Below the pieces are notes generated by a model, which searched no databases, was not told where the DNA came from, and saw nothing but the letters and a program-made list of their open reading frames with translations. A stretch of DNA of 63,237 bases, counting the filler, from Octopus bimaculoides (taxonomy: Eukaryota), in NCBI RefSeq assembly GCF_001194135.2. It is 8 parts of 7 records of this genome, joined end to end, with 100 filler letters (N's around TTAATTAATTAA, not from the genome) between each part and the next. Parts side by side here need not be neighbours in the genome. Positions count along the whole stretch, not along the records: positions 37,271 to 48,471 come from NC_069000.1; positions 48,572 to 52,019 come from NC_068985.1; 6 more parts are not named here. One strand, given 5' to 3'. Below are positions 37,271-49,017 of the stretch, in pieces. The position numbers and the translations under genes are program-made. Position 1 is the first letter of the stretch, and each line of letters opens with the position of its first letter.

Positions 37271-37670
37271 AAAAAATGCTTTCTAATTGATGTATCAATA
37301 CCAGCAGATGACAACGTTTCTCTAAAAGAAATGGAAAAACTTTCAAAATACAAAGACCTGGAAATAGAGGTAACTCGAATGTGCAATCTAAAAACAGAAA
37401 CAATCCCTATCATAGTAGGTGCCTTAGGTATAAAAAAATATTCAGACAAATACATAACAAAAACACCAGAACTTACAAATATATATAACATACAGAAAAT
37501 TGCACTACTGGGCACTGCACACATCCTACGCAAAACACTTTCAATACAGTAACCATAAGTGCACCACAGCAAACCACAGCACATACCCAAGGCGCACAGA
37601 GCTGCGCTCGGTAGTGAAGTGAAAACCCGTTAAAAAAATAAAACTACTGAACAATAATAATAATAATAAT
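37271..37670 (+). mobile_element. R4/Dong-like LINE 3' end (subfamily a)
   Basis: EKLSKYKDLEIEVTRM..IPIIVGALG..QKIALLGTAHILRKTL*, UTR ...cagagctgcgctcggtagtg..., then (AAT)n. Confidence 0.9.
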
Positions 37671-37674
37671 TTAG

Positions 37675-39063
37675 ATTCAAGAAGTGCAGAATAATCTACC
37701 AAAAAAGAGGCAAGGGACAGCCCCTAGCAGGGATAGAATTACCAAATAGAGACTTGATTAAGCAAATTGAAATGGAAGGATACAAATACCTTGGTGTTCA
37801 ATGAGATAATGGAAAAGGAAATGAAAGAGCAACTGAGGATGGAGTATTTCTGAAGACTGAGGTTGGTGTTGCACTCAAAATTGACTGGATGGAATAAAAT
37901 CCAAGCAGTTGATACATGGGCATCATTTCAGTATGGAGCAGGAATTATAAAATGATGAAAGAGAGAAATGAAGAAAATGGATACTAAGACCAGAAAAATG
38001 GTGACAGTACACAAAGCCTTCCACCCTGAGTGACACCAATAGGCTGTACTTGTCCAGAAGAAAGGGTGGGAGAGGTTTGATCAGTTGTCAGGACTGTATC
38101 TAAGCATAGAAAAACAGCTTAGCATGGTATATAAAAAATGCTATGGCACTACTGTTGAAACACATGAAGAAGGCCGGCATCATTAACACTAAAAATTGTG
38201 TAACTAAAGAAAAATTTAAACTAGAAATGAACAAAAACAAAGAAAACGTATGGAAGGAAAAAAATGTACGGTCAGTTTGCAAGAGATGTCAAGGCCAAGA
38301 GAGATACAGAGGACCGGTGGCTATGGATGAAGAGGTGTGATCTGAAGATGGAGACAGAAGCACTCATATGCGCAGCTCAAGAACAAGTGTTAAGGATCAA
38401 TTTTATGAAGTTCAGAATAGACAACACTACCAATAGTGACAAATGCAGAATGTGTGGTGAGAGGGGTAAAACGCCCAGAATTGGCACAACACGAATACAA
38501 AAGACACCATGACAATGTGGCAAGAATGATCCATTGCGAGCTCTGTGGAAATCACAGCCTACAAAGAGCAAAGATGTGGTATGAGAAAACTCCAGAAAGG
38601 AGTCACCGAAAATGAGAATTGCAAAATCCTGTGGAATGTAATTATCCAGTGCGATCACCTGACCAAACATCAGAAACCGGACATTGTTGTGGTAAATAAA
38701 AAACAAAGAACATGTGTGATTATTGACATAGCCTGCCCCGGCAACAACAGGATCAATGTGAAAGAAGAAGAAATAAAAAACTATGACATTTAAATTGGGA
38801 AATACAAAGGTTGTGGTCAATGAAGAGAGTAGACGTGATACCAATAGTAATTGGCACACTTGGAAGTATCAGCACTCAACTACCAGCATGGCTGAAAAAG
38901 ATCACTGCAAGTGTGAAGGTAGACCACCTACAAAAATCAACATTGTTTGTAACTTCAAAAATTCTTCGCAGGGTTCTTAAACCTTAGTCTGTCGGCTTTG
39001 GACAGCTGACACTTTTCATCATACCCTGCAAAATAAGCTGAGTTTTCATATAATAATAATAAT
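37675..39063 (+). mobile_element. R4/Dong-like LINE, 5'-truncated, RT C-terminus to 3' end (subfamily b)
   Basis: EGYKYLGV, RKGGRGL, MYGQF..W.W.KRCDLKMETEALICAAQEQ, KCRMC, KPDIVV..IIDIACP, VIPIVIG, then UTR and (TAA)n at ~39050. Confidence 0.9.
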
Positions 39064-39071
39064 AGTATTAA

Positions 39072-40850
39072 CTCTTTCTGTGCAATACTTTCAGAAGCAC
39101 TAACAATGTGAGTCACACTTTCAACCCTCTTCCCACGCATTCTGTAGAGGTTTGTTGCACTTGTATGGTATATATCTCTTTTCACTGAGTTGGTATTCAA
39201 AGCCTGATCCTGGGCAGCGATGATTAGGCTTTCAGTCTTCTTTCTTAGGTGACCCTTGCTGAGCCACCTCCATGATGCTTCCTGGTCTTTTAAGTTGTTA
39301 CTTTCATGGTGGAACTGACCATGTAATTCCATGCAGAGTAGAGTTTCTTCTCTCTAGTTGGTTATTTGTGATCAGAATTCATTAGCACTCTCAAGTCCAT
39401 TTTTGGTAAATCCTTCTGCATTAGCAACATACTGCAGCAAGTCTTGTTTGCTGTTTACCAGATACTCTACCATGTTTCTTCTTTCACTAATTAGCCCACA
39501 TCTACCTTTACACCTCTTCACGTAAAGCCTGTGTACGTTCACTTAGAGTGGAGGGCACCATGCATTGTCATGTAGTGCGATCAAGTTGGTTAATCTCTGC
39601 TTGTGTCTATTTCAGGATCGGTGCATTATAGCGGACTACAGCAACAGCCCATATGTTGATGGCAGTCACAAAGTTCCTTGAGTTCAGTTTTGATTTCAAG
39701 AGAAGTCTGAGGCATTTCAAATATGCAGTGGTGACCTTGTCTTTCATTTCTCTGTGCAAGATATTGTCCTGCTCCAAGATCCCAAGGTACTTGTACCCAT
39801 CATCATCCGAGTCTTCCATTTTCTCTCCATTTGGCAATTCTTTGTCCTTATGCTCTGCTCTTTTCCCCCATTTCAAAATGAGCGCCACACACTTTGAGAT
39901 ACCAAATTCCATCCCTATATCCTTGCTGCACATCTGTACAGTCTCAACCAGCCTCTCCATTTCAGAATCTGTTTCTGCAAAAAGTTTTAAATCTTCCATA
40001 AAGAGAAGGTGGTTGAGATGAGGTCCATTCTTTCTCAGTTCATAGTGTGCATTGACTTTGCATAGGACTACAGAAAGTGGGGTCAAGTCTACAACAAATA
40101 ACAAAGGGGAACAAGAGTCTCCCTCGAAGATACCTCTTTTGATTGTTACCTTGGCTAAGTGCTGATTGTTACAGAAAAAAACATGTTTTCCAACTAGGTA
40201 TGCTGTTCTTAATCAGTGCACTCACATTCTCAACTATTCCACTTGTGTCAAGTACAAGCACAGACATGAGTACAAGTGCAGACACAACAAAGTAACCCAA
40301 AACCTTCACTGGCTACTTTGATGGAAGTATGGATATGAGGTAACAGATGTTTGGTATCACCATACACCAGAAAAGGTAATGAATGAAAAAGGGAAGGCAA
40401 AAATTCTCTGGGACTTTGACTTCCAGACAGACAAGGCCGGATATAGTAACCTTTAGGAGGGACAAACAAGAGCGCCTAATAATCGACATGGCAGTGTCAG
40501 GAAATCAACATATCATGAAAGAAAGAGAAAAGATTGATAAATATGGAGATCTGAGAAGTGAGATTGCCAAGATGTGGCAGCTACAAGAGTCAAACATAAA
40601 GGTTGTTCCTATTGTCATTGGATCCTTGGGTTTAATATCACCCAACCTGAAAAAACAGCTGGAAACTTTACAAATACCCTAAAATCTAGGTGTATTGCAA
40701 AAATCGACATTACTTGGAACTGCACACATATTGTGTAAAGTACTATTTGTTTGAGGTCTTTGTTGTGACTTGACAGACAGTACAAACCCCAGGTAAACAC
40801 AATATCTTCAATCAACAACATCATGATATTGGATACTGTGCGACATCTTA
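39072..40850. mobile_element. R4/Dong-like LINE (subfamily c) with inverted 5' segment (39072-40250 minus; 40251-40850 plus)
   Basis: Minus: KRGIFEGDS.SPLLF, HLLFMEDLKL, GMEFGISKC, YKYLGILE, LHGQF, QDQALNT, ESVTHIVS.SESIAQKE. Plus: EYKCRHNKV..LHW, RPDIV..IIDMAV, EKIDKY, VVPIVIGSLG, LQKSTLLGTAHIL. Confidence 0.85.
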
Positions 40851-40854
40851 AATA

Positions 40855-42144
40855 ACTATGAAACATATCATCTTGGAAATAAAAAAGGTGAAATCAAGAG
40901 GAAGGAGAAATATCAAGAACTAGAACATAGATTTAGGATAAAGAAAAAGAGCCTAAATGTATTTCTTGAAGTGCTAAAACCAAAATTGCAGGCTAAAGCG
41001 ACAAAGATCAAGAGATATAACCAAAGAGTTGAACAATAAAATCAACAGATTGTTCCAAGACCAGAAAAGGATTTATAAACAACTGAATGAAAAGGTTAAC
41101 AACAATGAGAGACTGGACAACCACAAGCATTTAAAAAAACAGGATGAAGAACAAAGAATAAACAATTGGAAAATGAAATCACTGCAAGGGCAATACCTCA
41201 GAAAAACTGAAACAAAAGACAAGATCAACACTTGGAAATGGCTAAGAAAAAATAATCTGAAAGGATGCACTGAGGCATTGATATGTAGTGCCCAGGAACA
41301 AGCTCTGAGAACTAATTTTACCAAGTTCCAAATAGATAAGAACAGGAAATGTCCCTGTGTGTGGCAGTAAAAATGAAACAATCTCACATATTGTGAGTGT
41401 AGCAAGCTGGCCCAAAAAGCACTACAAAAAGAGGTATGATAACATGGCTAAGTTTGTTCACTGGAGACTATGTGAAAAGCATGACCTGGACAGAGCACGG
41501 AAATGGTACAAACATGAACCAGAAGGAGTCGCCGAGAATAATGAATATAAGATACTGTGGGATTTTACAATTCAATGTGACTCCCTAATCAATGCTCGGA
41601 GAGACCAGACATTGTTGTGGTAGACAAAGGAAAAAAAGAAAGCAACATTATAAATATTGCAATACTTGGGGATGCAAGTGTAAGTGACAAAGAACTAGAA
41701 AAGACAGAAAAGTACAGGCTTCTAAAAAAATAAAGATAAAAAATTTTAAAAACACCGTTGGAAAATCGATTATAGCAGTGACTTGATCAATTCCTTGGGA
41801 TATCAGAAGAAGGAATTTTTATATTCCGAAATATTATATCAGACTATGATATAAGTAGTGGGGAGCATCATAGCCATGTGTTGAGAGAAATTCTTTGGGG
41901 TTTGAATAATTCACCCCTAGAAATATGGGTGTTTCATTCAACATCCTTAAACAGCCCTTAATCAGGGACCTTAAACTGGGATGGGCTACTCAACCAGACG
42001 AAAATTCTAACAGGGTTACACCTGCAATGTCATTCACTGTTTATCTTGATATGAGATCATGTCATGCACATATGGTTGTGATGCATGTGCCTAGTGTACC
42101 CTTATCAGATGGGTGGGCATGATGGGTATACTGGGGTTCATGTA

Positions 42145-42176
<32 letters not shown>

Positions 42177-42700
42177 TCTTTCTACTAAAGGCACAAGGCT
42201 GACATTTTGGAGGAAGGGGCTAGTTGATTACATCTATGTCAGTCCTCAACTGGTACTTCTTTTATTGACTCTGTAAGGATGAAAAGCAAAGTCGATGTAA
42301 GCACAATTTGAGCTCAGAACATAAAGATGGACAAAATGTTGCAAAATATTTTGTGTGACATTCAGAGGAAATTGAAAGAATGTAGGAAACTGTTATCCCA
42401 GTAGTTGTAGGAGCACTTGGTGCTCTGACAATCAGGTTCAAGAAATATGTCAGAGAAACAGGAATTGACATGAGAGCAGAGCAGGCCCATAAAACTGCTC
42501 TATTGGGGACAGCTAGGATTTTGAGATTAGTGCTTGTGTGTTGAATGTCTTTCACAATAATTCAACATCCAAATTTCGAAGCTTATAATTTGCAAAAAGA
42601 GACCCCATGAGACCTGTGACAACTGGTTGCTGTCTGCTCTCAGAGAATCAACCAGGGCAAGTAAGACTGAGAGCTCTGAGAAATGAAATAATGGTAATAA
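40855..42700 (+). mobile_element. R4/Dong-like LINE (subfamily d), RT domain absent, with nested insert at 41735-42363
   Basis: Pre-RT KIKRY..INRLFQDQKRIYKQL joins post-RT W.MKSLQGQY..TEALICSAQEQALRTN. The knuckle and PDIVV..EKTEKYRLLK follow. The frame resumes at 42364 with EEIERM..VIPVVVGALG..KTALLGTARIL*, then UTR and (AAT)n. Confidence 0.8.
42165..42360 (-). mobile_element. SINE S4 nested in the R4-d element; another S4 at 42700-42870
   Basis: ctttctactaaaggcacaaggc...ggatgaaaagcaaagtcga...tttgagctcagaac. Confidence 0.75.
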
Positions 42701-42878
42701 TAATGAATCCTTTCTACTTAAGGCACAAGGCCTGAAATTTGTGGGAAGGCAACTAGTCAATTAAGGCGAAGTTGACTTCGGCAGAATTTGAACTTAGAGC
42801 ATAAAGACAGACAAAATTCAGCGAAGTATTTTTCCCAGTGTGCTTATGACTCTGCCTGCTCGCTGCTTTAATAATTGT

Positions 42879-43207
42879 TGTAAAGTGGGTTCCTCCCATT
42901 GGTGTGATGTGTGACTACCATTGTACTGTAGTTACTGTTTTACGCTAGTAGCCACAATAGTTACTAGTCATTGTATCGCTTTGTACCGGAATAGTTATTA
43001 GTCGTTGTATCTTTTTGTACCTGAATAATAATACACTAACTCCTTCTGTCTTACTATCGCTGATAACTCCACAAGACACTGACTAGAACTGTCAACTGTC
43101 AACTCTTTGACTCTCGACCCTTTTTTTGACGACCAGCTATTGGTCAATTTATAATGGCAGTCTCCTACCACTTTTTACCAGGAGGGGGTATACAGTTTCA
43201 CTATACA
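42879..43207 (-). repeat. 3' LTR of the Gypsy element (329 bp)
   Basis: TG...CA ends with a 9-bp terminal inverted repeat (tgtaaagtg / cactataca, 1 mismatch). A short purine run (aaaaatggaga on the minus strand) directly precedes it. Confidence 0.6.
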
Positions 43208-45760
43208 TCTCCATTTTTAATTATTTTATTTAACAATCAATTTTTTTATTCACCCCACCTCCTTTTTTTTATATACTCAATATCTTTTCTTCTTAGGATC
43301 TACTTTTAGGAATTTAGTGTTCTTCCTTTTCCTTGTATGTGTGGTTTCGACTTCTTGTAATGGTGTTGGAACCCGAAAAGTGTCATATAACCAATCCATC
43401 AGTATTTCAAATCTTGTTGGTTCCTTTTCTATGACTCTTTCTTTTAGCTGATTTCTATGTCTCCATTCCATTTCTGATTCTTACACCATACATCATTCTT
43501 CCTATGTATGTTACAATTTCTCCTTCTTTCCGGTATTGCTTGCCATTTTTGTACATTCTTACATATACCTTATCAATGATTCTAAAGAATTTTGGCATGT
43601 CTTTACTATCACATATTTTTTTCTTTGCTGGTAACAGTTTATTGAATACTGATTTCACTTTTCTGGCAAACATTAATCCTGCTGGTGAACTTCCTTCCAG
43701 TGCATATGGGTTCGGAGTTACCCTGTATACCCTTAAGAATTGGATTGCGACCTCATCCATGGCTTCCTTATAAACTTTATATAAAGCTCTCTTAAAAGTG
43801 TCCACGAACCTTTCAGCCTGTCCATTTGATCTAGGGTGATATGGTGCTATAGTTTTATGTTCTAATGTGAACATCTCGCAGAGTCTTTTAAACTCACAGG
43901 ATACAAACTGTGTTCTGTTATCAGAGACAATTATATCCGGTACACCAAATCTTGCAAACAGCTTGTGTAAGAAGTTTATTACTGTATATGAGGTTGGTCA
44001 TTTACACCTCATGACCTCAGGCCATTTTGCGTCGCTATTCCCTACTATTACGTAATAATATCCATTTACCGGGCCTGCAGAATCGATATACAATCAAGAC
44101 CACGGTATTTTCACTTCCGGCCAAGGTTCACATTTTGTAGTAGATAGTTTCACTGACAGCACACATCCCCTGCAGCCTTTTACCAGGTTTTCAACTTCCT
44201 TGTCCATGCTTGGCCAGTATACGAAACTTCGCATCAATGCTTTCATTCTAAAGATGCCTGGGTGTCTTGCATGGAACTCTTTTAGCATTCTCTTCTGTAA
44301 TGTCTGTGGTATGACCACCCTCTGAGCATACATTAGTACACCATCACATATAGAGTACACGCTCACATCTTGGTGGTTCTTTGCCTCAGACCTTCCTTTA
44401 TTTCCTTTTGTTGACCACAGTACCACAGTTTTCTTTTTGTTTCATTAATAAATTTGTCATTTCTCGCATTTCTTTTTATTTCTTCCAAAGTTACTGGTAG
44501 TTCATTGATTTTTGTTTCTACTTTTGCTCTTAGCGCTGATATTATGGTGTCCTCCAGCAGTTTGTTATTTCTTGGAATTAACCTAGACAGACTATCAGCA
44601 TGCCCCAACTTTTTTGAAGGCAGGTATTCCATTCTATAATTGTAGTTTAATAGAATGGTACCTCACTGCTGCATTCTGTTTGCCATATGTGTTGGGATTC
44701 CTTTCTTGGATCTGTATATTGTTATTAGAGGTCTATGATCTGTTTGCAACCAAAAACATCTGCCATGAATGAACCTGTGGAACTTTTTTACGCCAAATAT
44801 AATAGCCAACACCTTTTTTCAATCTGGCTATAGCTCTTTTCTGCTGGCAATAATATCCTTGATGTGTGAGCTATGGCCTTTCTCCTGCTATTGTTATCCT
44901 TGTGTAGGAGCATGGCTCCTATCCCATACTTGCTAGCATCTGTAGCTAGTATTATCTCTAACTTTGGATCAAAATGCATAAGATACAAGTTCGAAGTTAA
45001 CACATCTTTAATTCATTAAATGCTTTCTGGCATTTCTCTGTCCAAACCCATTTGACATTTTTTTTAGTAATTCTTTAAGTGGTGCCTTTACCTTATGTAC
45101 GTTTGGGATATACACTTGGTAATAATTTACCAAGCCTAGGAATGCTTGTAGCATTGTCATGTTCGTTGGGAGCGGCATATTTTGTATTGCGTGCATTTTC
45201 GTCGATTATTTGACCTAGGTACTTTATTTTTTCCATCAAAAACTCACATTTTTCTTCTGTCAGTTTTAGCTTGTATTCACTTATTCTCTCAAATACTGCC
45301 TTTATGTGTTCAATGTGTTACACCCGAGACTCGCTCTTTGGTAAAATGTCATCGAAGTATGCGATGGCAAAGTCATAATCACTTCACATCGCATCCATTA
45401 TTTGTTGGAATATGGCGGGTGCCACTTTTACTCCAGACGGTAGTCGTTTAAACTTGTACAATCCACGGTGATTGTTGATTGTTAGTAGACATGTGCAATC
45501 TTCCTAGAAAATTTTCCCTCCATTTAGTTTAGCAAATACTTCTGGGCTTGGTAGTGGGTAATTGTATGTGAGTAAACAGTCGTTTAATCTAGTTGAGAAG
45601 TGTGTGCACACTCTTAGCTTATTTTTTTTTTACGTAGACTGCCAGTGCTGCCCAGTCTGCATGGTCAATCTTTTCAATTATATTCAGGTTTTCCAACTTT
45701 TCTAGTTCTTTATTGACCTGGTCTACTACCAAAATGGCACATTCCATTTGGGCCTGAATT
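43208..45760 (-). mobile_element. Decayed Ty3/Gypsy pol (RT-RNaseH-integrase); gag, PR and 5' LTR not found
   Basis: RT: YKFKRLP.GVKVAP.IFQ, AYFDDI, LQAFLGLVNYY. RH: LATDASKYGIGA, EKSYSQIEK, GHADSLSRL. IN: H..HPG..RMKA.MRS.VYWP, C.GC, APYHPRSNGQAERFV. The RT-RH-IN order is diagnostic of Gypsy. Many frameshifts. Confidence 0.95.
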
Positions 45761-46227
45761 TAGAGAGAATGAATTAAAGAGATGATAAACTTGAATAAAA
45801 TAAAATAATAAATAAATAAAATGTGACGATTAACGGATATGCATGAATTTAAGACAAACAAGGAAGACGAATCTATCAGGCTATGTTTTCATGGTAAAGA
45901 AATAGATAATAAAGAACGGATGGGTGGTGAGGGGGGGCATGGGGTTATGATCTACGCAGAAACAGGAGTACATGAACGAGATTGAATGAAAAAGTTCTTA
46001 TCTATTCATCTTCTGGATTTCGTATTCTATCAGCAGAGGAATTCAAACTCGATTTGGGGAAGTAGAGTATTGAGCTGGTTNNNNNNNNNNATGTATGCAT
46101 ATACATATGTATTGTATACATATATATATTTATATGTATACAATGATATATATCATTGTATACATATAAATATATATATGTATGCATATACATATGTATT
46201 GTATACATATATATATATGTGTATGTA

Positions 46228-47450
46228 GATGTATGGTAAAAAGCTTCCTTCCAAACCACAATGGTTCCAGGTTCAGTCTCACTGTGTGACACTTTGGTCG
46301 AGTGCCTTTTACTATAGCTCTGGGCCAACCAAAGCCTTGTGAGTTGATTTGGTAAATGGAAACTTAAAGAAGTCTGTCATATATATACAGGGTGCGATGG
46401 GTAAATTGTTGCCATTTTATATTTTCAATTTCACACATGTGCATTGTTTGTTTTTGATTTTGTAGACTGCAGAGTATAGTAGGGTCAGTTGGATACTCTC
46501 TGTGAGAAAAACAGCACAATGACACAATTCACTCTGCCACAAATTTGGAAATGACATGCTGTACTGCTTGGCATTTGCGCCGGAAGCTCCAATGTAAACA
46601 TTTCTGAGTGTTTGGGTGTCAATCGGAAGATAGTGCAATCTAAGGAGCAAACATCCAGCCAACATCATGATGTTTGGAGTGATCACTAGTGATCACTCCA
46701 TTCATCTTCCCACACAGCCTCAGACTCAACATGGAGGCCTACATCAAGTGCCTGGAGGAGATAGTGCTGCCCTGGGTCAAGAGGTTGGCTGCTGGAAGAT
46801 CTTATGCCTGGCAACATGACTCTGCACTATGCCACACAAGTAGGAGAATCTAGTCATGACTGTGAGACAATTTCTGTGACCATACCACTCTAACATCTGG
46901 CCACCAAACTCCCAAGACTGCAAACATCCTTGATTATCATGTGTGGGGTGCTGTTGGGTTAGAAACAAGCAAAACTCCTTGTAACACCAAAGATGAACTG
47001 AAGGCAAGGATTATGGCAGCAGTCACCAACTTTAACAAGGAGATTATCCAGAAGAATTGCAGGAGATTCCGAAGTTGTCTGGAGGTCATGGTTGAAGCTA
47101 AGGGCAATTTTATTGAAGAAATTTACTTTTTAGTATTTCAAGAAATTTTTATATAATTTTGGTAAATACATCTGTTAAAACGAAATGTCAGTGTTATTTT
47201 CATTTTTGCTTAATTTAGACAATATATTCACTGCACTCTGAATATGTGTGTGTGTGTTTATGTTTGTCCCCCACCATCACTTGACAACTGTTGTTGGGGT
47301 ATTTACATCCCCATAACTTAGCAGTTCAGCAAAAATGCCCAATAGAATAAGTACCAGGCTTAAAAAACCCAGCAAGTACTGGGGTCAATTCATTTGACTA
47401 AAACTTTTGAAGGCAGTACCCCAGTATTATCTCAGTCTAACAAGTAAAAT
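46228..47450 (+). mobile_element. SINE S1 split by a DNA transposon
   Basis: Head and core at 46228-46387, 3' half at 47241-47450. Confidence 0.85.
46388..47240 (+). mobile_element. Internally deleted Tc1/mariner-superfamily element, DD37D (maT) type
   Basis: TA|cagggtgcgatgggtaaattgtt left end and degenerate right TIR gacaatatattcactgcactctg. WQHDSALCH and WPPNS.DCN.LDY are present, and I count 37 codons between the second and third Asp. Confidence 0.85.
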
Positions 47451-47459
47451 ACATATAGG

Positions 47460-47690
47460 GTAAAGACTCCCTGTGGTCATGAATGACCATGGGATTGCAC
47501 CTAGAAAGTTACCCTCTGAGGCACAAAGTTGTTTTATAGCAGACCAGCACTCACCCCATGCATACCAGTTTCCCTTCTCAATGCCACTGATATTATCCAA
47601 GGAAAATGCAAAGGTAGATACAGCTTGGCACCAATGATGTTGCAACTCATTTCTACAGCTGAGTGAATTGGAGAAACTAAAATAAAATTT
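47460..47690 (-). mobile_element. SINE S3 body and tail
   Basis: cccatgcataccag...gccactgat.ttatccaagg...tacagcttggcacca...ttctacagctgagtgaa matches 480-600. Confidence 0.8.
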
Positions 47691-47789
47691 GGAACTTATG
47701 GAGGGACAAAGTTGGGAACAAAAACAGGACAGTGGTGTGTATGGGAGCAACTGTCTTCAAAGACTCATATTGTCGTTCAATGCTTGAAG

Positions 47790-47950
47790 TGAGGAGTAGA
47801 TAGACAGCTGACAACTGACGAAGGGTTATTCTTTATGTTACTTGTTCTGTTTTCCATTTGTTTCTCTCGTTTATGTATTGAACTCATTTGCTTTAGGATT
47901 TCATGTTGTTTACTGTTTGGTGACGTCCTGTACCCATATATGCATATGTA
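47790..47950 (+). repeat. Unclassified ~160-bp repeat; inverted copy at 49030-49190
   Basis: ggagtagatagacagc.gacaactga..aaggg...tg.cgtcctgtacccatatatgcat is present in both copies in opposite orientation. Confidence 0.8.
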
Positions 47951-47951
47951 C

Positions 47952-48300
47952 CATCATCATCATCATCATCATTGTTTAATGTCCGTTTTCCATGCTAGCG
48001 TGGGTTGGACGGTTTGACTGGGGTCTGGGAATCCAGGAGGCTGCACTAGGCTCCAGTCTGATCTGGCAGTGTTTCTACAGCTGGATGCCCTTCCTAACAC
48101 CAACCACTCCTTGAGTGTAGTGGGTGCTTTGTACGTGCCACCAGTACAGGGGCCAGAAGAGGCTAGCAACGGCCACGATCAGTTGGTGCTTTTTACGTGC
48201 CACTGGCACGGAGGCCATTCAAGGTGGCACTGGCATCAGCTACATTCGGATGGTGCTTTTTACTCGCCACTGGCATGGGTATCACAACTACAATTTCCAT
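47952..48300 (-). mobile_element. RTE 3'UTR with tandem units
   Basis: (cat)n tail, core tttctacagctggatgcccttcctaac, and repeated ggtgctttt.acg.gccac units. Confidence 0.85.
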
Positions 48301-48571
48301 TTGATTTTCATTTTGACGTTGATGTACTTGACTCAATAGGTCTCCTCAGTTTCAAACCAAACTAAGTAACACCGACGTCAAATTGGAGTGAAATCTGTTG
48401 AAATTGGTAAACATTTGGCTGAAAATTGGTTGCAGACAATTTGATTGAGAAATCCCACAACGAATCAGTTTNNNNNNNNNNNNNNNNNNNNNNNNNNNNN
48501 NNNNNNNNNNNNNNNTTAATTAATTAANNNNNNNNNNNNNNNNNNNNNNNNNNNNNNNNNNNNNNNNNNNN

Positions 48572-48602
<31 letters not shown>

Positions 48603-48963
48603 CTTCAGTGTTGCATAAATATGCATCAATTTTAGCGCCCTTACTGAAGAGGCACGGCCGGCAATTTAATTTATTTGCATATTAATGCATAAACTCGTGT
48701 ATTAAAGTAACTATTGAAATGTTTTTTTTTAAATTTTTCATTCCCTTTGAAATTACCCTTATTCGTGGTTTGGGCTTTTACTGCCCTTTCCAGCATGTAA
48801 GGTGTCCTGTTAAATGTCACATCTTTTGTGTATAAAAACGTACACTAATTTACATACATATATACGTCCATATATATGTATATGTTTATATAAGTATATA
48901 TATGCATATCTATATATACATATATACATACATACATACACACACATACATATACACACACGT

Positions 48964-49017
<54 letters not shown>

